Positions 1 through 14,700 of a DNA stretch of 64,000 bases are shown piece after piece. A program made the position numbers and the translations under genes. Each line of letters opens with the position of its first letter. Within the stretch, counting starts at the first letter, position 1. The notes below the pieces were generated by a model. It did no database searches. It was not told the origin of the DNA and was given only the letters and a program-made list of their open reading frames with translations. This DNA comes from Lytechinus pictus (Eukaryota). The stretch lies in the NCBI RefSeq assembly GCF_037042905.1, contig NC_087251.1:18044001-18108000 (forward strand), read 5' to 3'.

Positions 1-246
1 TTTTATTATTAACCGTATCAGACATCTGAGCAGGGCAAATTTATTACATTATTGCTGCTTAAGACTGGGATCAAGTGGTCGGTCAATAAATTTCCATTTG
101 TTTAACCACGGACAAATTGCCATAAAATGATAACTACCATGGTAACGGCTCTCAACAGCCAATCAAAATCAATCAAGAATTCCATGCAAGTTACCATTGG
201 ATGGCAAATTGTCCATATTAAGTAACCTTTGTGGAACAGAGCTCAG

Positions 247-948
247 GGCCCTGTCTTACAATGAGTTGTGATTGATCCGATCGTTCACAACTATGGAAAG
301 CCAGCACCGTCAACATCTGAAATGCCTGTTTATTCAAATTATTTTCTAGATATGTCATATATTCATCATTTTCAGTGTGCTTCTCTTTGTTCACAAAGTA
401 CATTGTGTAAATTTTCTGTAGAAAAAATTATGACATTGATGAATTTCGATATAGTTGACATTGATTAGATCAATCGTAACTCTTTGTAAGATGGGGCCCT
501 GATGTTGTGGGTCTGTTAGGTCAGTGTTATTGTCTTGCCTATGCTCAAAACTCAAATGACTCAAAGAAATGAGAGTATATTCAAAGTAGAATCTGTGCCA
601 TTCTATATATTTGTACGGCATTCACTATATGTTGTGATCGCATTCCATAAATTATCAGAATGACAAGCAATCTACTGGTAGGTCAGTCAATATCAAGAGA
701 TTGGCTAGGACCCTGTCTTATAAGGAGTTGCGATAGATTAAACTAAAAATTGTAATTGATATAAAATTCCTATCTCTTAACTCTTTGTAACATGGGGCCC
801 CTGGTCAAGAGTAACGATAGATTCAAATCAAACTTAACATTGTATTTGATATAAAATGAATTCCTATCCGTTATCTACACAAATTCAAATCAATTGCAAT
901 TTGAGTTTGTTTTTAATCTTTCACATCTCTTTGTGAGATGGTGCCCCT
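247..948. mobile_element. Cluster of short degenerate Harbinger-like MITEs
   Basis: GGCCCTGTCTTACAATGAGTTG ... AACTCTTTGTAAGATGGGGCC termini recur at ~247-498, ~708-800 and ~925-948. Confidence 0.55.
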
Positions 949-3084
949 AGTCAACATAAATTGTATTCTTGCTGTATTCTGTCACCAAAATTTTGAAATA
1001 GAATCAGTTTAGGCTGGTTCTGCTTGATTCCTGGTGATTTTAAAAGTGTGAAAGTGGCTTTTAGTCCAGACACTGATATATTACTAGTGAGAGAATTATA
1101 TGATGCAGCAGGTGTTATATGACATGTAATGCATCCCTGCTAATGAATGGACTGGAAGTGAGCAGTCATTAAAAGTGGGGTGTATTAAAGAAACTTTATT
1201 GGCTGGATTGTTAGGTTTCTATGCATCCAAGGAAAATAACACTCTCGAACGGGTTTTCTACATGCATTTGGAAAGTACTTCATTCCTAGTTTGCTATTTT
1301 GTGGATGGATTTGTAGATGTCATTTTCTTTGTTTACATTGACTATTTTAAGTTTAAATTCTTCTGATAGGTATTTTCAGTCTACTGTTTGCAAACTGGCC
1401 TCAGTGGTGCCCAAAAGTTAGTGAACCCTTCCTTAAAATGAACATGTTTAAAGTGTTCAAGTTCTGCCATGTTTTAGCGATTTAACAGTGAAGTCAGGTG
1501 ATCAAATATTTCATTTGATAGTTTGTTTCTCTGGGCTTGCTGAACATTGAAGTGTTGTTGTCTACATTCAACACTAAGCATGGGGAGTAGTGAGGTTCAC
1601 TATTTTTTAGCACAACTGTACATTATCAACATACTTGATGGTTTATTAATTTCTTTGAAGTTTTCAGAACTCAATTTGTATGATATGGTCAAGCCTGATT
1701 TTCATAAGTTTATGTTCTCTATTTATTTGTCTCATCCCATTTATCTTGCCCATAATGATTTTGGATGGACTTCCAGTTGTAGAGCTAAAAATTGAAACCA
1801 TATTGCTTAGTACCCAATCTGTAATCATTTGGACTACTTATTACAATTACATAACATTACCAGTAATATTAGTCAGTTTTTTCCACAGAGTTTAAATAAG
1901 ATATTATCCAGCATCTCAGGTGGGGATGCACACATTTTCTAACAAGCAAAATAGAAAAACATAAATAAATTTAAAAAAAATTTAAATAGAAAAAAGGCCT
2001 AAGGCATTTTTTAGTAGTATGAGAATTGATGCTTTGGATATTGAGCATCTCTGTCTATTAGAATGAAAATGTCTGAATTTAACTATTCAAAATAGTTGGC
2101 AATTGCAGTAGAATTCATTCAGAAAGAGCTATACTGTAAAGCCAGGGTTACACCAAAACCGAATCCTTCCTGAATTTTCTCAAATTCGAGGAGGGAGAAC
2201 AGAATACTCCCGAAACCACCCGAATATATGTATTCAGATGGATTTGCAGGTGAATCGGTTCCGGTGTAACTTGGCCTTGAATAAAGAAGAAATTGTCATA
2301 TTTTGGGGATAGTACTTGTTTCAAAATGTTGTCAAATGTAGTAACAATAAGATCGTTTAAGCAACATACATACAAAATGCAGTAGAAAGTTACAAAACTG
2401 ATGGAGTGAATGCTCATTTGAATCATATTTCTGAAAAGTCACGAGTGGTGAGTTGAATACTGAAAGATCTCTCATGGAAGTCGGACAATATGAGACTGGT
2501 TTTCGTCAACTTCAGAGCAATTTTCTGGTTGCTATCATTTCCAAAACCCTTTTCTTCAATCATGAAATATACATGTATGTACATGTAGTAGCTCTTATAT
2601 ACAGTATTGTATTTGATGGATTGGACAAATGATAGCTGAAGAGCAATTTCTTCACTGCTACTGTTAAATCATTAAATGATGTTTGTGAAATGCAGTAAGA
2701 GCAGGTGCCAAACTTTCATTGTTGAGGTCTTAAACTAACATCAATTGTATTGTATGAAACAATATTTGCATTAAAGTAATTTGACATTTTACAATGCAGT
2801 GTATGATTTGTAAGATGGAGTATCGTATTACCTGTCTTTTCAAGTTTGTTGTTTCATACAAATACTCAACTTTTATTTTATGAGATACAGATCTTATTGA
2901 ATGCTCAATTTTTTTATGAATAATAAAGATATGAATTTAAATATCCCCATTTCAGGTATTCATTTATAATTAGTCTTGCAATGCAGCATTGTTGTTTCCT
3001 GATAATCATGTGCATATTTATTTTTTATTTTTTCAAATTTAATTAATGAATGTATTTATTTATTTTCATTATTCATATATTTAA

Positions 3085-3643
3085 AGGACAAGTCCACCCC
3101 AACAAAAAGTTGATTTGAAGAAAAAGAGAAAAATCCAACAACCATAACACTGAAAATTTCATCAAAATTGGATGTAAAATAAGACAGTTATGACATTTTA
3201 AAATTTTGCTTAATTTCACAAAAAAGTTATATGCACATCCTGGTCGGTATGCAAATGAGGGAACTGATGACATCACTCACTATTTCTTTTGTATTTTATT
3301 ATATGAAATATTATAATTTTCTCATTTTCCTATGAAACAAATTTGTATTCCTCCCTGAACATGTGGTATTACCATTTTTATAACATTTTATGGCTCAGTT
3401 AAGTTGGTCGTTAATGTCAAATTGGTAAAGAAGAAATATTGTATGATTCAAACAGTAAAAAAACAAAAACAATAGTGAGTGATGGACATATCGACTCTCA
3501 TTTGCATGTCACTGAGGTTTTTTTCAAAAACAAGCGAAACTTCAAAATATCATAACTATCTTATTTTACATCCGATTTCGATATGCTTGTTTGATTTTTA
3601 TCTCTTGATTCAAATCAACATTTTTCTGGGGTGGACTTGACCT
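3085..3643. mobile_element. ~560-590-bp MITE family with TTAA TSD and AGG...CCT termini (Kolobok-like), copy 1
   Basis: TTAA|AGGACAAGTCCACCCC ... GGGGTGGACTTGACCT|TTAA with long internal inverted symmetry. Confidence 0.85.
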
Positions 3644-4153
3644 TTAATCTATTTTATTTATTGTATTCATTCTATTATTTTTTTGGGCGGGGGTGCGCAT
3701 ATGTTTGAAGCATGTTCATTTAATTTCCAAGGTGGTTGAAGAGTTTTGGTTCAAACTGCTGATATACTTTATGTAAAGGTTAAATTCTGATGTACTGTAG
3801 TGTGAACAAGGACCCTAATTCAAACAGTCCTTTGCTCATTACACAAAAAAATGCTGATGACCTCAAATAAACAATTGGTTTACTTTACTTGATAAATATT
3901 GACCTACATACATGTATACTGGGTCAAAACAATGAGTTATCAGTTGGCTCAATCTGGAAATAATAAAATCAAGATATGCTTCATTTTCATTGTTAGAAAT
4001 ACAAGAGAAATAATCTTATCAGAATTCAGAACATGACCCTTCTTAGTTTCCAGCATAATATAGCAACATATGCTATTTCCAAATTATTTTTATTTTTTGT
4101 CCTAGAAACTGTTATCAGGTGTTTATTTCAATCAATATTTTGTCCTAAATTAA

Positions 4154-4739
4154 AGGTCAAATCCACCCCAGAAAAAAGTTGATTTGAATCAATAGAGGAA
4201 AATCAAATGAGAATAACACTGAAAACTTCATCAAAATTGGATGTAAAATAAGAAAGTTATGACATTTTAAAGTTTCGCTTATTTTTCACAAAAACAATTA
4301 TATTCACAACTCAGTGATATGCAAATGAGAAAGTTGATGATGTCCACCACTGACTACTTCTTTTGTTTGAATTATACAATATTTCAATTTTTACAGATTT
4401 GGCAATAAGGACCAACTTGACAGAACCATGAAATATTGAAATAATGGTAATTCCACTTGTTCAGGGAGGAATAAAACTTTGTTTCACATGGCAATGGGGA
4501 GAAAATTAGAATATTTCATATAATAAAATACAAAAGAAATAGTGAGTGGATGATGTCATTAGTCCCTCATTTGCATACCAACCAGGATGTGTAGATAACT
4601 ATTTTGTGAAATTAAGCGAAACTTGAAAATATTATAACTTCTTATTTTACATCCGATTTAGATGAAATTTTCAGCGTTATGTTTGTTAGATTTTTCTCTT
4701 TTTATTCAAAGCAAGTTTTTATTGGGGTGGACTTGTCCT
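4154..4739. mobile_element. Same TTAA/AGG MITE family, copy 2 (opposite orientation to copy 1)
   Basis: TTAA|AGGTCAAATCCACCCC ... GGGGTGGACTTGTCCT|TTAA. Confidence 0.85.
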
Positions 4740-7700
4740 TTAAACGTCTTTTAAAATGCAATTGTGATGAGATTCTATAGAACCACAGACTTTACAAGTT
4801 GTTTGAAGTCGGAGATCTTAAGCCTTCTGATCAGAAATGTATTTCCAACTTTTTTACTCCAAGGTATATCTTTACTTCCTGGGTCATCTTGTGGATCTGC
4901 AATGCATGATGGGTGGGCTTAAAAAGGGGGAAACAGAGTGGTTGAATGCTAACCCAAAACAACTGATGTTTGTGTGTTACTCTGTCTAATGCCTATTTGG
5001 TCTTATCCCACATGGTCTAAAGAAACTTGGGCTGGGACTTTTTGAATGTGATTAATACTGAAATTAAATCATCAACAAGATTTAACATCTGATTTCTAGT
5101 TAAGATGCAATTCCATCTTGTAACCATTACTTGATTTGTCAAATTGGTAGAAGACCAAATGGTCAGGAAAAATTTGGAAAAACATTCAACGAAACGTATC
5201 TAGTCCAAAGGTTTGGATGGAATGACAGACCAAATAGACAGACTACTAGTAATAGTTCCGGATTCACAAAGTTCTCAACCAATGGTTGAGTCAAGACCAT
5301 GGATTCTCCATCCAAAAGACCAGTATTCAAAAAGATGGTTTCAAGTAAATCCATTTCTAGTCAGAATATCAGTAGACCGTTTGGGGTGGTCTGAAACTGT
5401 AGTCCCGATGATGAACTTGATTAAAGCCATTCAGTTTTTCAGTCCACTGTTGGAGAATCGGCCTCAGTGAAACAGTGGAATGAAAAACCGGTTACAAGTG
5501 AATCCATATTTATGAATTCAGACAGACAAATAAGACATTGTGGATATAACAAGGGAGGTTACCTGTTTAAATAAAATCAAGTCATCATAAACCATAAAAC
5601 CTGTGACTTGTGCAATTATTACCTTAAAATCCAAAAACAAATGAAATATTTGCTTAGGGGCATATGTACGGAGGTAAGTACAAACTTGCAATGTTAAGGG
5701 CCATATTTTTATGGAACAAAGGCCATTAAATTCAAAGCAACTTGATTTAAAAAAAAATTGCATTTAACAAGATTTTTTTCTGCACACATTTCTCACTCCA
5801 AGAAGTCATAGATATGTGTTTTATATGAAGAGAAGACTCTGTAAAAAGAGTTGTATTTTATTATAATCTATATACATTCTGAACAGTAAAATTTACAATA
5901 TAAGTATGTCAATACACCTATCTATACTAGTTAATGAATATAAATTGTATAATTTATGGATTATATTCTGATTACTTATGACCAATACATGGTTGATAAA
6001 ACATAGATGTATATTTACAGATATTGCATCAAAAAGACATATTGATATAAGGCACACAGAAGGAGAACTTGAAAACAGACATTACAAAAATAGTTGAAAT
6101 GGACAAACAAGTGCATGAATCAAAATGAGAAGTGAAATCCACTATGAAAATAAATGTATTTGAATAGAACAAAATCAGAAAAATTGGAAGGTAAAAAAAA
6201 TGAGCAAAATATGATTTGCTTCCTTTCTTCAAGTTGTGAAGGATGAAATTATTTTGGCTTTACCATGCAAGCTAACCTCTTCAATCAAAGCAATGCACTC
6301 TATAAACCCTGAAAATTGAAATAACTGGCACTGTGATTTAAATCTTTGCATGGAAGAGTAATTTATGTCTTAATTCATTCATTCCATTATCAGCAAAGCA
6401 AAATATGATGGAAATCCATGTACAGGGCTCTTGGGGTAAAGTTCCATTTTGCTAATATGCATTTTATTAATCACATCTTTTAAAAAATATTTTAAATCAG
6501 AATTTGCCTAAATTCTATAATCCAATTCCTTCAATTTTATCTGTCTACTCAGGAGATTAATTTCCGGAGAGGAATTCCTTACAAATATTCCCATTTCAAT
6601 ACATGCATCAAACAATTTTCTAATAATTTTCTAATAATCTTGACGAATTATCATTAAAAAATAGCTTACTCAATCCTATCTCTCCATAATTTGTTCATTA
6701 AAAAATTGTACATTGGTTAAAGCATAAAGTACTGTGATTAACCAAACATAAATTTGTCAATCAAAACAAAGTTGATTATTGTTTTCCATTTTGAGATCGA
6801 TACACATAGGCTACTGTTCAAATATCAATGAATTTAATGAGCCAATTGCATTTGCCTAAAAAATGAAGAGAGAAAATAGATAACATGATCAAAGACACCA
6901 CCTCTGAATACATATCTTACTAAATCAAACCCCCTACAAATGACCTTTGAATATTCTAATAACATAGACATAATAGAATCGTACTTTTAATTCAAAATAT
7001 ATGCTATTTATATACCATGTTGCTATAGCTGAAATGCATAAAATGAAATAATCCTAAGTGTAGTCTTCTAAGCCAGGAAGGCAAAACACCTGTTGTAGCA
7101 CTCTACTATTCTTCTTCATCACAAAGGAAATTCATGAGCCAAACAACCATCTCCAGAGCTTTTCCATCGATCGTACCTTGTCGTTATCGATGGCAGCGAG
7201 ACCCAGAATGAAATGGTGGCAAAGTACGCTTCACATGTTGAATAGAGGTTTAACAGATTCATGACATTAACAGGTGTTTTCCCTTCCCTTCTCCATCAAT
7301 TCACCCACATAGCCTTCGCATCAATCGATGGAGACATCCGGGTTTAGGGCCAATGTTTATCAGTAGAACATGGCCTAATCTTGTCCTTCTTTCGGGATTT
7401 TTTTAACTCACCTTATTACGAATTTCGAAGACATTATTCTTGTTACAAGTCAAACACATCCAGAAGATATTTTACAGAGTACTTTTTCCTTACCTCCATG
7501 ACCTACCAAATTTTATATTCTGATCATTCTAAGCCTTTAAAGAAATATTGATTGACACTATATTACAACCATCTTGGTTCTTTTCCTCTAATTCAAAGAC
7601 ATCAGAATAGAAAACAATATCAACTCAATAATTGTCTAATATTGAGGATTTCTGAGGTATCTTCTATGCTTAATAGCGGTATGTTTATTTTTAATACCAA

Positions 7701-8633
7701 GCAGGTCCATGCAATAAGTTCCTATTTCACCCCAAATATAAAAAATGTTAGAAGCCAAAATATACTCTAAAAAGGAAAGAAAGCCAAAACCAAATATACC
7801 AAACATAAATGAAGGAAACTGACGAAAACTGAAAGCGTGAATAAGAACCAATCAAAAGATTATGTATGGAAAATAGTTTGTTCTAGTATTAAGAGATATC
7901 ACAACTTACAAAGTTATTGCTTTCAAATAAACATAATCAATGCCAAGATGATTGCCAGGGGCAAAATTGGACGGATTATGGGAACAATTTTCTATCCAGT
8001 CCAAAATTAACTTTATTTACTATCGAAAGCTTAACATAAAATGTGATTTAGTCTATTGTACTGCAACATATGTACTTTTACTTTTATTTATGAAACTGGA
8101 GAGTGGAATCATGGCCCAAATTTACAGTCGGGATATACGCAGCTGTCTCATTTGACTAAAATTAGGCTGTTTTGTTAAATTGTGAGGCATGATGTCACCA
8201 ACTTATTCTTTGAGGTTCAATCTTTTAATTACATATTGAACATTGGAACATTAATTGTCTGAAAATAAGTGGATGTGGGAAAAGTGAACATTCTAGTTTG
8301 TTGCATATATACAATCATAATAAAAACAATCAAGTAATGCCTAATTCTAACTATGTGTAAAAATATGGAATTTGGAGGATATTTTTAGACAAAATTGGCA
8401 TCCCCTTTTTAGTTACTAGTCAAAAATCAAATCTTTATAAACTTGACTATTAGATATAAGTTCCCAGTATGTATTCTGATTTGTTATTCACAATTAGTAT
8501 TTGACGATCTTTACTTCAAAAGAAAACAATATTGATTAAAATGAATATGAATTATTGTATCTACATTCAAATATCCCAATGTTAGTAAATGATGATTGCA
8601 TTAAAGTGCTTGAATTAATCAAGCATTTATAAA

Positions 8634-9594
8634 AAACGAGTGGAACGCCTCTGGCAGTCTCGCCTGCATTACACGATTCAATATTGCAACAGTGCTGACT
8701 TTAAAAACAGCTATCGAATACTTATCCACAAAAGAAAACACTCATATGATGATAAAATACTATGTCAATACTATGTCCATTGACCCAACATGACCTTTGA
8801 CCATAATCATGTGACCGAAGACGTGTGCAAAATATACTTGATAACCCTTGTGTCTATGTTTGATGAACTACCTGAACAAGATCCATAAACTGTTAAAGTT
8901 ATGATGACAATTCACAAATATCCCCAACATTATCAAAGTTCATTGACCCTAAATGACCTCTGACCTCAGTGATGTGACCCGAAACTCACACAGAATGTTC
9001 AGGGATACTTAATTGCTCTTATGTCTAAATTTCAATAACTAGATCCATAAAATTTAAAAGTTATGACAATTCCACAAATATCCCAACCATGGTCAAATTT
9101 CATTGACCCTAGGTGACCTTTGAGTCGGGTCATGTGACCTGAAACTCATGTAGGATCAGTGATACACTATTACCCTTATGTCTAAGTTTCATGAACTAGG
9201 TCCATATACATGTACCTTCTATTAAGTTATGACGACATTTCAGAAACTTTACTTTGGTTAAGATTTCAATATTGATTCCCCCACCATGGTCTAAGTTCAT
9301 TGACTCTAAATGACCTTTGACCTTGATCATGTGACCTGAAACTCAGGCAGGATCTTCAGTAATACTTGATTACCCTTATGTCCAAGTTTCATGAACTAGG
9401 TCCATATCTTTCTAAGTTATGATGACATTTCAAAAACTTAACCTTTAAGATTTCAATGTTGATGACGCCGCCGCCATCAGGATAGCGGTGTCTATAGTCT
9501 CGCTCTATAGACACCGCTATCCTGATGGCGGCGGCGTCATCAACATCAGGATAGCGGTGTCTATAGTCTCGCTCTGCTATACAGGCGAGACAAA
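8634..9594 (+). mobile_element. Interspersed element with internal ~120-180-bp tandem units (Helentron-associated HINE-like), copy 1
   Basis: 5' GAGTGGAACGCCTCTGGCAGTCTCGCCTGC; repeated TGACCTTTGACC..CATGTGACCTGAAACTC units; 3' GTCTCGC..CAGGCGAGAC hairpin followed by an A tract. Superfamily is inferred from architecture only. Confidence 0.7.
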
Positions 9595-11791
9595 AATGAA
9601 TAAAATTCCCTCAAACTTCCCATGTGCTATCTAAAATCTACATGAATACTGAATTAGCCAAATGTGAATTTCTACCATCTTTTTCCTTCAAATAGACATT
9701 ACTTAGACTACATAACTCTAGAAAACAAATCCAGAGTAACAGGGTATTTAGTTTTTATAATCACTCTGTACATGTATTTATAGCTAGTGATTATGTCAAC
9801 CTAAGTAACAGATTGATTATCAATATCTTTCAAAACAAAAGGTAAATTTTGTAGTATTCCTGTCCATGGATTTTAAAGTTCTTATTAAAGTTCTTATTAA
9901 AGCCAAAGAAGACAGCTCAATCCTAAATAAATCAACACTATGCAGCACAAATATACATCTCTATATTTCTAATTCTAATATTTCAAAAAGTCAACTAGTC
10001 CTCTAAAAGCACAAAGAAATAATTGCTATACTTCAAAGAGTGAACAAAACTTGAAAAATCACCATATATTCCTCAATTCTCATAAATAGCACTATGAACA
10101 ATTATTTTGTTCATTATCTTATAACACACTACATTTTGTATTGTTCGTAACAAGTGAATTTATTCAAATACATATGAGAACATACTTTCAAATATTGCAT
10201 TAAATCTCCTAAGCTAAAAGAGTGTCTGTCACTATCCTTTATCAGCATTAAAGTATACATCAATTGTGACTTGTACACCAAACATTGCAAAATATATACT
10301 TTGAGAATATTGCATGGCTTGAAAAATGTTGAAAGTGGCTACTATAATACAAACCACATTTATAATCATGGGAAAATATATATGTGTATAATTCTTGATT
10401 TTTTCACTTTTTTACTGAAGTCCAATAAATACCTGAATACAAAGAAATATGGACAATGTTTTCAAAAACACTGCTCATTTTACATCAAATATGGAAAGAA
10501 CAACATTCCTGAAGGTGGTTTTATATGAGATGTAAAATATACGATATAAATATATATACTTTTCAGAACATGATTAAGTTTAGCATTAATAAAAATATCA
10601 TCCTAAATTACATGATAAACATTGTCTACCTTTAATAACTGTTCGCAGTATACATGCTCGACCACAAGTTTATACAACTACCCCTAAATGCAATTATAAG
10701 TGGCAAACCATAGATGGGTTCATGGTACTCGTATCACAGATTTATTCACATATTTTCACAACCATTCTTTTAATGACAGTACTGAACAAGTGTTGACAGA
10801 AACTTCATTTAAAAAAAAGACATGATGCTGTTGTATCATAATTTGTAATGTTACGTCGAGTACTGGAATGTACAACAAGTAAGAGTTTTTTTCTTCCCAT
10901 CAACACATCCGTCAATTTCTCAATTTCTGGACATTTTTAAATAGACGTCTAGTTAGATAACAAGATCCCATGTATGGTAATCTGGAAATGAGATCATCAT
11001 TTAAGAAAAAAAAAGAAATTATCAATTTATGATGACAAATTCTACTTGAATGTACATGACAAAAAGATCATTGGTGAGAAGATTTCAGTGCAATTAAAAT
11101 TTGGCAATTCCATAAAATATGCAAGTCTGACCCCCCATATGTGGGACCTTCATGAAATTTTCTGTCTCTGATTTCTTGTTCTTTTGACAGTCTGTAATGT
11201 TCTCATAAGACCATGAAGTGAAGTTAAACTTGAGAAAAATGGGGGTCGGATGTACCAAAAGGTTGATCGTTTTATGGAATTGCCCAATATGATTAAATGA
11301 TAAGAGCACAAATGCATAGATTTACACTAAGTTCACACCAACAAAATTAACTCCAAACTGACTGATGGTATGTCATCATTGTTTTTGTCAAAATAAAGTT
11401 GGTTTCACATGTGTGATTATAGCATCAATTCAGCTCATTCTCAGCTTGAATGATAAGTGAGATTAAGAATAACCGAATAATCAGATGTACCATTAATAAT
11501 AGGTTTCAAATTCACTGAAAGAATTAAATCGGTTCGGCGGATGAATCATAAAATTAATTCCTGATCAAATTCACGAGATGTGATGTCGTCCCTATGTGGC
11601 CTTTGAAACTACTTTGAGACTACTGTCACCACCTTCCTTCATGTACACTGAGGTTCATGTCCTACAGAATCTGCTTTCAACACACTTGTAGGTAAACACC
11701 TTGCCACTGTCAATATGTTGGATCTGCAGACAAGTTCCAGAAACCCTGCAGCATGACAGTCCTATTCCTGAGGCGCATTGACCAGGTCCTA

Positions 11792-14700
11792 CTAAATGGG
11801 ACAGCATTTGGCCTCTGCTTTTTTCCTCTGTCTCTGCTGCATGATAAGGGCATCTTGTTGCCTTTTTTCCTTCATCGCAGTCAGGTAGTCCTGGTCCTGG
11901 TGTACTGAGATGTGTTCCTGGGGCTTCTGGCCCTCAGAGGTTAGCTGAAGGATGGTCTCCACGAGATATGACATGGCATCACCTGAGGTGCAATATAACA
12001 AATATGATTAATATTCACAACTGATTTTCTTAAACTTTTGTGCAAGGTTAATAATTGACTATTAACTGTTCAGTCATAATTGATTAATATTTAAATTGAT
12101 TTTTAACATTTTTGTGCAAGGTTTGTGATTGACTAAAACTTCAGTTAAAATTAATCTGATCTTTTTAAAACAATAGTTACACAAACCTGGTGTGAGGTAA
12201 ATACTATGGTTACGAAAGGGGCTGATCAATGTGATCAGGAGCCAGTTTCATGGAACTGCCACATAATATGAGTTTGTAATCACTTTGTGTTTCATATAAC
12301 ATGTTTGGAAATATTGTGATGTCACTCCTTCACGTTAATCCTGAGAGATTGGTCGACCAAAGTTACAATAGATTTCACTTCAATATATATGTTACCAAAA
12401 TTTTACAAGACTGATTCTAATTATTACTGAATATGCATGACATATTTGGGTTTTTATTCTTATCATAGATATTATTAATAACCCTTTTCATTTTCCATAA
12501 CATTTTCTACACATATTTAGAATAAATATTTCCAATTGTACAAGGAATGACATAAACCAAAAACTCACAGGAAACATACTGGGGTACATATCAAGGGCTC
12601 CTTGAATACATATGCAAAAACTGATACTGAGGCTTGTTAGGCTGTGTATTAGAGTGCCACATAAGATTCGGGTGAATTTCTATGGGCAGCCATGAGGGCA
12701 ACAAACAGTTGTATAATTTTAAGTGGAGTGGAAGCTAGCCAGACAGCCAATTTTTTCCTTATGGTGTTCTACAAAGAACAAAGCTACCAAGAAGTTATCA
12801 CACTGGCCCTGCCACGTAGAATGAGCAAGCTGCACGCTGCAAGCAAGCAGGGCTAGCGTGGTACATTCATGGCAGCACGGTAGTGCAGCCAGGCCAGCTA
12901 GCTGCATGATCGTTTATGCATGCACCTGATCTGATGTCCACCATCATGGAGTCGGACTTTGAAAATGAGTTAGTCGTTAATTCTTAGAGATTATGATGTA
13001 ATTTCTTGGTAGCTTTGTTCTTTAAAAGACACCATAGGAAAATAGAAATTTACCCGAAACTTATGCACTACTTACATGGCTTTTTATAACAAGCCAACAC
13101 TGAGTGCATCTGGTAGAGGTTCAGAGTTATAGGGGAAAAGCAACACTAAAATCGAAAGCAAGATTCTTTTTAGAGTACCTCAGTCACATTTCCCCTACAG
13201 TGACCGTACGGCGAGTTGACAACAGCCGTTTTAACATTTTCCTGTACTAGCTACATATAGATTGTTTGAATAAAAATTAATAAAACGGCTTGCTGTACGG
13301 CCACCGTAAGGGAAGTGTGACTGAGGTATAAGCTACACAAGAATAATGGTATCACAGATGGATTACAAGGACTATTTGTTACAGAGTATGCAAGTTTAGT
13401 TTCTATGATGAATTTAAATCTTTCCAAAGCAGGATCATATTGCAAACTTGGCATTCTTTGCCAATGGATGTTAGAAACGCTTCCTTATTATCTTTATTCA
13501 AACAACAGTTAAAAAGGCAAGCTTATTAATACACATAACTGTTCTTTACATAAATGCATGGTGGGTGGGTGGGTCGGTTATTAGTTATTAAGTATTGTAT
13601 AAATACATGTAATTCATCATTATCATTAATATAATTTTTTTTACGTTTCGTATTCCATATAACTAAATTATGTATTCTATCATTTACTGATTAATATTTT
13701 TCTGGGTGACCCAACTTTACAAGCAGACTGCTTTCATGGGCATCCAATTTTAATAAGTATATAAAACAAACTATTGTGCATTTCTTTAAGTATGATGCAT
13801 CATCTTATCTGTATAATGTCTTTTTTATACTTTGTAATTTTTATTTGTATATAATTGATTTTGTATATTTTTATGGAAAACAAATAAATTCAATCCATCA
13901 ATCAATCAATATTTCATTAATGTAGGCATAAAAAGCTGTTGAATTTAACTAAGATGATTCTTAGGAGCTTCAATGTAATCTTATTACAAAGTACACATTA
14001 ATTGTTCAAATGTACTGTCAAAGCTGCAATAGAATACTCAGAATAATGATTGAAACTAACTTTTTCAACTTTATTTTAGATATTGTCAAAGTTATCATAA
14101 ATGTACTAAAACATATATTTTGAAGTAGAATTGTTTTTGAGGAGTATGCAAGTCTATCGTTTATCATCTACTGTGTATCATCATAACTGCTCCTGCCATA
14201 AAAATGAAAGCAAAGCACAGCAAAACACACAATACAGTGTGAGTAAAAAAAACCTTGACACCTTACCAATCTCCATTTTAGGAAAAAAAAATGTCATGAA
14301 TGCATAATCATTATATATGACTGGAAAAATTATCTTCTCTGAAATAATTTCATACCATATTCATGTGGTATGTGTTAATGCTTGGATGATCAGTAGGTAT
14401 TCTTTGCAGCAATGTAAATTTTGATTTGTGCCAAAGTAAGGCATGACTGCAATGAATGAATCCAGATCTATGTCAATGATGTCATAATCCTACAAGGGTT
14501 GCATTAAAATCCATTTCTAAACACCTTTTCAGTAATTTACATTATAATCGTTCAATAAACAATTTCATTGAAAAGGGATTTGCAGATATGTTTACTAACT
14601 CATGTAGGATTATTATATACATCATTGGCATCTGGGGTTCATTCATGGCATTCACGCGTTACTATGGTGCAAATCAAAATTTACATCACTGCAAAGAATA

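Noticed and set aside
1..11791. Protein-coding gene in the first 11.8 kb
   Set aside because: No recognisable exon chain. The region looks like UTR or intergenic DNA with MITEs, and the ORFs at 5163-5470 overlap a degenerate AGACCAAATGG-type repeat.
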